From the IMG/VR virus record IMGVR_UViG_3300029288_000131, positions 1 through 64,000 of that record: a DNA stretch of 64,000 bases, one strand, 5' to 3'. Position numbers and translations under genes: made by a program. The notes beneath the pieces are model-generated. The model made no database searches, was not told the DNA's origin, and saw only the letters and a program-made list of their open reading frames with translations. Below are positions 1-7,086 of this stretch, piece after piece. How positions within the stretch are numbered: position 1 is the stretch's first letter; each line of letters begins with the position of its first letter. This DNA comes from a virus. Its lineage: Duplodnaviria; Caudoviricetes.

Positions 1-225
1 GCCTACGCCACCGACGCCGCCACCGACGCCGCCGCCCGCGCCGCCGCCTGCGCCGCCCACGCCGCCGCCTGCGCCGCCCACGCCGCCCACGCCGCCGCCT
101 ACGCCGCCGACGCCAGAACGCAATCACTGGCAGCCAGCGCCGATATTGTGCGGCGGCATATGATGCCGTGGACAGTGATCGAGAGTGCGATTGAGAACTT
201 TCTAGAAAAGGAGATGAAGAAATGA
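1..225 (+). CDS. 3' end of Ala-rich repeat protein (AAAY/AAC/AAH repeats), truncated by window edge
   Basis: Frame 1 open from base 1: AYATDAATDAAARAAACAAHAAAC...EKEMKK, TGA 223-225 overlapping next ATG. Confidence 0.7.
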   Translation, partial: AYATDAATDAAARAAACAAHAAACAAHAAHAAAYAADARTQSLAASADIVRRHMMPWTVIESAIENFLEKEMKK

Positions 226-476
226 CAGAGTTCAAGGGAATGGAATTGTTTATGGGAGCTGGAGAGCTTTCATTGGCTCACATCGGCCACCTCTATTTGG
301 AATTGGGGAAGGCTATCACAATTTTGGGAGGCATTCAACAGCCTCCCAATCCTTGCGAATCCGAGGAGGTGTGCCAAATGCTCCGGCAAGAATTCGAGGA
401 AGGGTCTGAAGAAGTCGAATCCATCGCCCACGACATCTTTCACGCCCTGACAGGAAAGAAGGAGATGAAGAAGTGA
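222..476 (+). CDS. hypothetical protein
   Basis: AAGGAG RBS, ATGA overlap with upstream gene, also ends KEMKK. Confidence 0.65.
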   Translation: MTEFKGMELFMGAGELSLAHIGHLYLELGKAITILGGIQQPPNPCESEEVCQMLRQEFEEGSEEVESIAHDIFHALTGKKEMKK

Positions 477-664
477 AGCGACAGCACTACATCGAACAGA
501 GAAACGAACGCCTGGAGGGCGCTGCTCGACGGAGGACTGCCAGGAGCAAACGTTCTGCCCAGCAACAGCTCCAGCAGCTCGACCTCCGGCTGGGCAAGGG
601 CAAGGGAGCTCAGAGGGAACGGGAACGTCTCAACACCATCCTGAGCGGGGAGAAGAAATCGTGA
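473..664 (+). CDS. small basic coiled-coil hypothetical protein
   Basis: AAGGAG RBS, GTGA overlaps at both ends. Confidence 0.55.
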   Translation: MKRQHYIEQRNERLEGAARRRTARSKRSAQQQLQQLDLRLGKGKGAQRERERLNTILSGEKKS

Positions 665-777
665 AACCGATCCACCCGTCGTGGAGGCACTTGGAGAAGA
701 AACCGAGCAAGTGGAAGTGGTATCTAATCGCTTCCGTCTGCTTGTTGACCGTCGTGATTGTTGTGAACCTTTTCTGA
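661..777 (+). CDS. 38-aa single-TM membrane peptide (not in ORF track)
   Basis: MKPIHPSWRHLEKKPSKWKWYLIASVCLLTVVIVVNLF; GTGA overlap, fills gap. Confidence 0.5.
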   Translation: MKPIHPSWRHLEKKPSKWKWYLIASVCLLTVVIVVNLF

Positions 778-786
778 AAGGAGCCG

Positions 787-1404
787 ATGATGAAAGCTGT
801 TGAATTGCTCGACCGTCCCATCCCTTCCCGCGACCTCGCGAAGGAACTGGGCATGAGCACCCGCCAGATCCGCAAGGCTCGTGTTGCGAGGCAATGTGGC
901 ATCCCGTGCCAAGCACTCGACAACGTCGCTGCCGCTGGCGAAGTCGAACTGTCCGCCGACCTGAAGATCGCTGAGGTGGAGCAGAGCCAACGTGTTGCCA
1001 TCCAGTCGGCACACCGTCGCGCTGGTCAGCTCTACTCGGCATGGAGGGAGTTCGTCAACTTCGAGCGGTCCGAGATGTTCGTCCGAATCAACCAGACGAG
1101 CGAAGAGGACCGTGAGCATTGGGGCGATGCTTTCCGAGACGAGTTCGAGGCTCTCAAGACGAACGAGTTGGTCGTGAAGGAGATGGCCCGCCTGTTCATC
1201 GTCGCTTGCGACGAGTGCTCGCGACTCGGTGTCCCGTATCCGGTCACGAAGGACTGGAAGAGGTATCGGGACATCCAGAGCGGTCAGAAGAGCAAGCCCA
1301 GGCACAAGAAGGGCAGCGACGACCTCCACGGGCATCACAAGCCTTCGCATCAGCAGTTGGTCGAAGCCGTCGGTGACGTCATTGACAGGGCTCGCATGGG
1401 ATGA
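787..1404 (+). CDS. hypothetical protein with N-terminal HTH-like segment
   Basis: PSRDLAKELGMSTRQIRK; AAAGGAG RBS. Confidence 0.6.
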   Translation: MMKAVELLDRPIPSRDLAKELGMSTRQIRKARVARQCGIPCQALDNVAAAGEVELSADLKIAEVEQSQRVAIQSAHRRAGQLYSAWREFVNFERSEMFVRINQTSEEDREHWGDAFRDEFEALKTNELVVKEMARLFIVACDECSRLGVPYPVTKDWKRYRDIQSGQKSKPRHKKGSDDLHGHHKPSHQQLVEAVGDVIDRARMG

Positions 1405-2297
1405 CCCTGACCGACTTGCTTGACCAGTGTCACGTACCCTACCACCTTGCCGGACATCGACACGTCCGGCAAGGGTGGGTCGGTATCGACTGCCCTCAAT
1501 GCGGGCCACGATCAGGCAAGTTCCATCTTGGCATCAACGTAGACGGGCTGTTCGCCGTCTGCTGGAAGTGCGGGTACCTGAGGCTCGGGGACGTGCTGGT
1601 TGAGATTACGGGCAACCCCCTCCCCGAGGTCCTGGGTTGGCTAAACACCCTCCCACGTGCCCGTCCTTCGTCTGTGGCGGGCCCCAAGGCCAGGGGGCGG
1701 GTAAAACTACCCCCTGGCCTTGGGCCGCTACAACGGCCCCACAAACGCTACCTCATGGGGCGGAAGGGGCTGAGACCCTCCGACGTAGAACGGCTGTGGG
1801 GCATCCAGGGCATCGGTAGTTTGGGTGGACGGCTGTCGTGGCGTATCTGGATTCCGATTCATTACTGCGGGGAGCTCGTCAGTTGGACCACCCGTGCTCT
1901 TGTTGATAGTGGTGTTAGGTACTTGACGGCTGGGATGGAGCAAGAGAAGATCAATCACAAGCAACTACTCTACGGTGCCGACTACGCCAGGAACAGCGTG
2001 ATCGTCACCGAGGGACCGATAGATGCATGGCGAATAGGACCAGGAGCCGTTGCCACGCTGGGCTTGGGATTCACGCAAGAGCAAGCAAGACAGATCGGGC
2101 AGTTTCCTCTACGGGTAATTTGCTTCGACAACGAGCGAGACGCTCAACGTCGAGCACATCGTTTGGCAAAAGCGTTGCAGGTGATGCCAGGAGAAACGGT
2201 AGTCATCAGAATCGAAACCGGAGAGGACATTGCGGATGCCGACCAAGAGGAGGTTGAACAGCTAAGAAATGAATTCTTAGAATCCGTTTGGAGCTAA
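1401..2297 (+). CDS. dnaG: DNA primase (Zn ribbon + TOPRIM)
   Basis: CPQC...CWKC zinc ribbon; VIVTEGPIDA, CFDNE and DIAD TOPRIM acidic motifs. Confidence 0.9.
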   Translation: MTLTDLLDQCHVPYHLAGHRHVRQGWVGIDCPQCGPRSGKFHLGINVDGLFAVCWKCGYLRLGDVLVEITGNPLPEVLGWLNTLPRARPSSVAGPKARGRVKLPPGLGPLQRPHKRYLMGRKGLRPSDVERLWGIQGIGSLGGRLSWRIWIPIHYCGELVSWTTRALVDSGVRYLTAGMEQEKINHKQLLYGADYARNSVIVTEGPIDAWRIGPGAVATLGLGFTQEQARQIGQFPLRVICFDNERDAQRRAHRLAKALQVMPGETVVIRIETGEDIADADQEEVEQLRNEFLESVWS

Positions 2298-2320
2298 AAG
2301 GGGTATCGGGTATAATAGGG
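2281..2320 (+). promoter_or_regulatory. sigma70-like phage promoter P1
   Basis: TTGGAG (2288-2293)-17 nt-TATAAT (2311-2316); AATCCRTTTGGAGCTA shared with copies near 35702 and 54385. Confidence 0.75.
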
Positions 2321-2453
2321 CCCGGTTTGGGTGGGTTGGATGGAGTCAATACCGACGTCGAGTGGTGCCCGACGTCTAAGGAAAAGCGGTTATGAAAAGA
2401 GCGATCAACAAAACAGTTCGGTCCTTGGCCCTCGCTCTTGGCCATAACCGCTT

Positions 2454-2496
2454 GAGGCAGCCCCGGGCACCAATCCTGGGCTGCCTCTTTTCTTTT
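2454..2496 (+). terminator. intrinsic terminator / attenuator in P1 leader
   Basis: 10-bp stem GAGGCAGCCC/GGGCTGCCTC followed by TTTTCTTTT. Confidence 0.75.
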
Positions 2497-2503
2497 CTAT
2501 TCT

Positions 2504-2881
2504 ATGGGGGACCATGTCGTGAGCGATGAGAAGTTCCAAGGGTTCGTTGGGCCGAAGCAGAACTGGTTTCGGATGCCGGCCGACTGGATCGACGTTTGCT
2601 CTAAAATCTCCAAGATCACTACGATGAAGGTGGTCGAATATGTTCTAAAACATACGTGGGGATGCAACGAACCGAAGCAGTGGAAGCTCATCACCACGTA
2701 TGAATTCATGTTCGGACTGAAACTGAAGGACGGGACACGTGTCGACAGGGGAACGGGACTGAGCAGCGAAGGGGTCAGGACGGGCATTAAAGACGCCGTG
2801 GACAACGGCCTGTTGGGAGAAATGATCGTCGGCCAAGACGGAGCAAGTATCAAGAAGTTCTATCGGTATCTGGGAGGCTGA
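2504..2881 (+). CDS. lambda O-like replication protein N-terminal HTH domain only (start may be GTG 2519)
   Basis: WFRMP...KVVEYVLKHTWG..K and GLSSEGVRTGIKDAVDNGLL resemble Phage_rep_O winged HTH. Confidence 0.65.
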   Translation: MGDHVVSDEKFQGFVGPKQNWFRMPADWIDVCSKISKITTMKVVEYVLKHTWGCNEPKQWKLITTYEFMFGLKLKDGTRVDRGTGLSSEGVRTGIKDAVDNGLLGEMIVGQDGASIKKFYRYLGG

Positions 2882-2885
2882 TGTT

Positions 2886-3728
2886 GTGAAAGAAACACAT
2901 GAGAAGAAGTTTACGGGTTGGTGGATTCCTGCTTACGTGGTAGAACTGCTACAGGACAAAACCATAAGCAAGTCCGAGCTTCTGCTGCTTGGAGCTATTC
3001 ATGGCTTCACGGACAAAGGCAAAGGATGCTACGCATCGAATGAATATCTTGGGAAACTGATCGGTGTCAGTGCGAGTCGAATTGGGTATCTGGTAAATCA
3101 TCTCAAGGAATTAGGACTGGTCAAACAAACCAAGTTTGATGGAAGACATCGGTGGATTATTACGAGATGGGATGTACCACCAAAGGAAATCTCCGACCAA
3201 AACAATGAGGCAGACTCCGTGAAAACAATGACCCTGCCCCCGCGAAAACAACGAGGCAGGGTCAGTGAAAACAATGACCTATTAACCAAGGGTATTAACC
3301 AAGGGGATATACCAAGGGTTCGTAAACGAACCCTTGGGCGGCCTGCGGCCGCAACCGCGGTAGGTTTCAATCTTGACGAATGGACATCCCGTATAGGCAA
3401 GAAGCTCGTCTCGGTCCTGAGGAAGTATGAAAGTGATCTAATATTTCCGTCAGGTAAACGACGACCGGTCACGTCTCAGAAAATGGCAGAGGTAGTGTCA
3501 AAGGTTTGTAAGGTTCGAAAGGTTCCTCGGAAAGAAGTTGATCGAGTCGTTGCATGGTTGAAGGATCACTACGGAGATGAGTTTACACCCAAGATGCACC
3601 GTGCAGATGATCTAGCAGACAACTGGCGTCGGTACGTTGAAGCAATGAGCCGTAGTGCTAATGGAGACGGAGAAGGCCAAGCCATGATCAGCATGGACGA
3701 CTTCTACGCCGAGGAGGAATTGCAGTGA
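2886..3728 (+). CDS. replication initiator protein (winged HTH) containing the origin
   Basis: ELLLLGAI...GCYASNEYLGKLIGVS..RI...VNHLKELGLV; internal iteron array; directly upstream of helicase. Confidence 0.8.
   Translation: MKETHEKKFTGWWIPAYVVELLQDKTISKSELLLLGAIHGFTDKGKGCYASNEYLGKLIGVSASRIGYLVNHLKELGLVKQTKFDGRHRWIITRWDVPPKEISDQNNEADSVKTMTLPPRKQRGRVSENNDLLTKGINQGDIPRVRKRTLGRPAAATAVGFNLDEWTSRIGKKLVSVLRKYESDLIFPSGKRRPVTSQKMAEVVSKVCKVRKVPRKEVDRVVAWLKDHYGDEFTPKMHRADDLADNWRRYVEAMSRSANGDGEGQAMISMDDFYAEEELQ
3199..3337. repeat. putative replication origin: 4 iterons, 3 tandem 13-mers, inverted repeat
   Basis: AAAACAAYGA at 3199, 3222, 3245, 3268 (23-bp period); ATWWACCAAGGG at 3281, 3294, 3307 (13-bp period); CCAAGGGTTCG-TAAA-CGAACCCTTGG at 3312-3337. 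Confidence 0.8.
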
Positions 3729-5116
3729 AGTCGAAACGCTACGAAGGTACAGACCTGCGTCGAGTCCTGTCAGGGATGGTGACTGACAGGACAGTCTGTT
3801 CCCGGATAGCATCCCAATGGCGGGACGGGGGATTGTTTGATGCTCCGTGGGCGAATCTGGTCGGTGATTGGGCAGTCAAGCATTTCACGAAGTACGGGCA
3901 GCCTCCGAACGGCCAGCTTCGAGGGCTGTTCGATGATTGGTCGAAGCGTGCTAATCCTCCGGAAGAGACATTGAGGGGTGTCGAGTCGTTCTTAGAACAT
4001 CTGTCGAACGAACACTCCCAGCAAGAAGCAGCTACCAGTGATTACATCTTGGACGTTGCCGGAAGGTACTTCAATCGCGTCCGGCTGAAGCAAGCGATAG
4101 ACGAGGCCGAGGATGAGCTGGAAAGGAACGATGTTGAATCTGCCAGGTCGAAGCTGACGTCACTGGGACGGGTTGAGTTGGGTGTTGGGGCGTTGATCAA
4201 GCCAGCCGACGATTTCGAGGCATGGGTCAGTGCCTTTGATGAGGAACGGCAGCGCCCGTTAGTTCGCTACCCAGGACGCCTGGACAAGCTGGTTGGACAA
4301 GCATTAGTTCGGGACAGCTTGATTTCATTCATGGGACCAGATAAGTCCTTCAAGAGTTTTTTCATGCTGGACCTTGCTTACCGTGCAATAAAGAACCGTT
4401 GCAGGGTGGCGTTCTTTGAGGTGGGGGATCTTGGGCAGCACGAGGTGTTGCTACGGTTGGGTGAGCGTGCTACGATGATCCCAAGGAAGCCTGGCAGGTA
4501 CAAGTTCCCGACAAGTGTCAGTTGGGACGGGAGCGAGGTCGAGTATGAGACTCGGGTGTTCAAAGAGGGGCTGCAAGATGCCGAGGCGTTCAGGACGTTC
4601 CGCAAGGTGTGTCGTCAACGGGACGTCTTTCGGTTGAGCTGCCATCCGAACAGCAGCATAAGCGTCGGGGGAGTGTTCTCGATCATCAAGGACTGGGAAC
4701 GCGAGTGCTGGGTGCCGGACGTGGTGGTGATTGACTATGCCGACATCTTGGCACCGCCGAGGGGTGTTCGGGAGTCGTTGGATCAGATAGACGAAACGTG
4801 GAAGCAGCTTCGACGGATGTCTCAGGAGCTGCATGCCCTTGTGGTGACTGCGTCCCAAAGCAATGCTGCTGCCTACAAGACCTCTTTGTTGGGTAAGCAT
4901 CACTTCAGCGGACGGAAGACCAAGATAGCTCATGTCAACGGAATGATTGGACTGAATGTCTCTGCCGAGGACCGTGAGAGAGGAGTGACTCGCCTGAACT
5001 GGGTCGTCCGTCGAAGCGGCCGGTACAACGAGAGATCAGCATTCGCCGTGGCTGGATGCTTAGCTGTATCTAATCCGGTGATCAAAGTTTGTGAACCCAA
5101 AAAAATTGAGAAATAG
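3725..5116 (+). CDS. dnaB: DnaB-like (SF4) replicative helicase
   Basis: Walker A variant GPDKSFKS, FFEVGD, Walker B VVVIDYADIL, VVTASQSN, IAHVNGMIGL. Confidence 0.85.
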   Translation: MKSKRYEGTDLRRVLSGMVTDRTVCSRIASQWRDGGLFDAPWANLVGDWAVKHFTKYGQPPNGQLRGLFDDWSKRANPPEETLRGVESFLEHLSNEHSQQEAATSDYILDVAGRYFNRVRLKQAIDEAEDELERNDVESARSKLTSLGRVELGVGALIKPADDFEAWVSAFDEERQRPLVRYPGRLDKLVGQALVRDSLISFMGPDKSFKSFFMLDLAYRAIKNRCRVAFFEVGDLGQHEVLLRLGERATMIPRKPGRYKFPTSVSWDGSEVEYETRVFKEGLQDAEAFRTFRKVCRQRDVFRLSCHPNSSISVGGVFSIIKDWERECWVPDVVVIDYADILAPPRGVRESLDQIDETWKQLRRMSQELHALVVTASQSNAAAYKTSLLGKHHFSGRKTKIAHVNGMIGLNVSAEDRERGVTRLNWVVRRSGRYNERSAFAVAGCLAVSNPVIKVCEPKKIEK

Positions 5117-5223
5117 TTGGGGCAATTTTCGGGGGTTCGATGATAATAGAGTGACGCACGAGTTGGGGTCGTGTGACCCTACGGTGATTTTCGTTGGTCC
5201 GTCTTTTCCTGAGGGAGGACAAA

Positions 5224-5955
5224 ATGGCTGTGAAGATTTCGAAGGACGACGCCGTTGCTGTGTGCACGGCACTGGGCTGGGCTACTTCGGCCAAGTGGGA
5301 CAAGAAACGGATGCTTCGCAAGCTCAAGGAGGTGGTCGAACTCGCCGAGGAGAACGAGGAGCTGATCGGTGAGGACGTTGTTGAGGATGACGACGAGCGT
5401 GAACGGCTCAACAAGTTGGTCAAGAGGATGGTGAAAGCCAAGGGTGATGTGGATGTCACTCTGACCACCGTCGAGGAGCCGGACGAGGAGGAGGAAACCG
5501 TCGAGGATACCGAGACCGAGACCGAGGACGCCGACGAGGAGGAGGAGGAAGAGGAGGAGGACGAGCCGGCACCGAAGAAGAAGTCTGCCAAGACCAAGAA
5601 GGCTCCGGCCAAGGACGAGGACGAGGACGAGGAGGAAGAGGAGAAGCCCAAGAAGGCGAAGGCGAAGGCCAAGAAGGCTCCGGCCAAGGAGGAGGACGAG
5701 GAGGATGACACCGTTCCGGCCAAGCCGAAGAAGGAGAAGAAGGCGAAGGTGAAGAACGGAGAGGTCGACAAGTTCGGTTCCCGTTTGGGCAGTCAGGCCG
5801 CGACCATCAATGCAGCTTTGTCGAAGAAGGCAAAGTCATTTGAGGCGATTGCCAAGGAAACCGATCTTACAATTGCTCGTGTCAAAGGACATACGAAGTT
5901 CTTGGCCGAGAAGGGAGTCGTCACGATTACGGACGATGGTGTTTCCCTTGTTTGA
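5224..5955 (+). CDS. acidic/Lys block-charged protein with C-terminal winged HTH
   Basis: GGAGG RBS before ATG 5224; poly-E/D and KKAPAK blocks; C-terminal SFEAIAKETDLTIARVKGHTKFLAEKG. Confidence 0.75.
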   Translation: MAVKISKDDAVAVCTALGWATSAKWDKKRMLRKLKEVVELAEENEELIGEDVVEDDDERERLNKLVKRMVKAKGDVDVTLTTVEEPDEEEETVEDTETETEDADEEEEEEEEDEPAPKKKSAKTKKAPAKDEDEDEEEEEKPKKAKAKAKKAPAKEEDEEDDTVPAKPKKEKKAKVKNGEVDKFGSRLGSQAATINAALSKKAKSFEAIAKETDLTIARVKGHTKFLAEKGVVTITDDGVSLV

Positions 5956-5964
5956 TTAGCTGAC

Positions 5965-6008
5965 ACACGATCCTCTTGTGCGAAGCTGTTTCGCACAAGA
6001 GGTCGTGT
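5965..6008 (+). promoter_or_regulatory. long hairpin upstream of queD operon
   Basis: Perfect 13-bp stem CCTCTTGTGCGAA/TTCGCACAAGAGG extended by ACACGA/TCGTGT. Confidence 0.6.
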
Positions 6009-6031
6009 CTGTTTCGATCGGAGGAGAAGAG

Positions 6032-6466
6032 ATGCGAATAATCTACAAGCACTCATTCGATGCTGCCCACCGCTTGTTCGGATACAACGGTCTTTGCAAG
6101 AACCTCCACGGGCATCGGTATGTCGTGGAGTTTGTTCTTGAGGGAGAGAAGCTAGACAGTCTTGGTATGTTGGTCGACTTTGGAGTGTTGAAGAAGATAC
6201 TTGGTGGCTGGATCGATAGGTGGTGGGATCATGCTGTCTTATACAATGCTGCTGGTGATTTACAGATGTTGGCTGCTCTTGGTAAGATCGACGGGGGCTC
6301 CCGTCGATTTGGATTCAGTGAGAATCCAACGGCCGAGAATATGGCCAAGCATCTCTTGGCAATTGGGGATCAGTTGCTAAGGGAGGCAATTCCACATCCC
6401 AGCTACTCATTGGTGGCAGTGCGGGTTTGGGAGACACCGGACCGCGCAGCGGAGGCTACGAAATGA
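6032..6466 (+). CDS. queD: 6-carboxytetrahydropterin synthase
   Basis: FDAAHRL..YNGLCKNLHGHRY, GMLVDF, ENPTAEN, VWET; GGAGGAG RBS. Confidence 0.93.
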   Translation: MRIIYKHSFDAAHRLFGYNGLCKNLHGHRYVVEFVLEGEKLDSLGMLVDFGVLKKILGGWIDRWWDHAVLYNAAGDLQMLAALGKIDGGSRRFGFSENPTAENMAKHLLAIGDQLLREAIPHPSYSLVAVRVWETPDRAAEATK

Positions 6467-7086
6467 AATACAGCATCAACGAAATCTTCTACTCCATTCA
6501 AGGAGAGGGAATGAACGCTGGACGGCCGGCAATCTTCGTTCGCTTCTCTGGGTGCAATCTCAAGTGTGTTCTCGCCGAGCAGGGGTTCGATTGTGACACG
6601 AACTTCGAACGTGGGAGTCTAATGACTTTGGAGTCGATTGAGGACGCAGCATGGCGGGAGTTTGGTGGTCAGCCGGGTTCCGATCCTGCGTGGCCAAATG
6701 GCTTGCTGATGGTGTTGACGGGAGGGGAGCCCTCACTACAGCTTGACAGGCATTTCTTGAGCTACTTCCAAAGCCGTGGATTTGAGGTAGCAATTGAGAC
6801 GAACGGCACGAGACCGCTTCCAGAGGGGTTGAATTGGATTTGTGTTAGCCCGAAGCGGGGGACGGAGATTGTTGTACGATTCGCTGATGAAGTGAAGTAT
6901 GTCTTAGCTGCTGGACAGGAGCCTTGGAACGTTCCCAATCTTGGGAGCACTTGGCAATTGATCAGTCCGGCATTCAAGGGACTACAGCCAGATGATGAAG
7001 CAATCAAGTGGTGTTTGGAGTACGTGAAAAGGAATCCACAGTATCGGTTGTCAATTCAGTTGCACAAGATCATAGGTGTAAGATGA
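6463..7086 (+). CDS. queE: 7-carboxy-7-deazaguanine synthase (radical SAM)
   Basis: EIFYSIQGEG, FVRFSGCNLKC...CDT, LTGGEP, IETNGT, VSPK, RLSIQLHK. Confidence 0.95.
   Translation: MKYSINEIFYSIQGEGMNAGRPAIFVRFSGCNLKCVLAEQGFDCDTNFERGSLMTLESIEDAAWREFGGQPGSDPAWPNGLLMVLTGGEPSLQLDRHFLSYFQSRGFEVAIETNGTRPLPEGLNWICVSPKRGTEIVVRFADEVKYVLAAGQEPWNVPNLGSTWQLISPAFKGLQPDDEAIKWCLEYVKRNPQYRLSIQLHKIIGVR

Noticed and set aside
1-116. GCCGCC-rich repeats as CRISPR or DGR repeat
   Set aside because: They are in-frame Ala codons with no spacers, and no reverse transcriptase is present.
5117-5147. Fourth copy of the promoter (TTGGGG...GATAAT)
   Set aside because: 19-nt spacing and no AATCC..GAGCTA context; possible but unsupported.
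5082-5771. Minus-strand Ser/Phe-rich ORF (also 19291-20295, 19674-20036)
   Set aside because: Antisense shadows of GAG/GAC/AAG-rich low-complexity coding.
5956-6031. preQ1 riboswitch upstream of queD
   Set aside because: No preQ1-I pseudoknot or A-rich tail; only a simple long hairpin.
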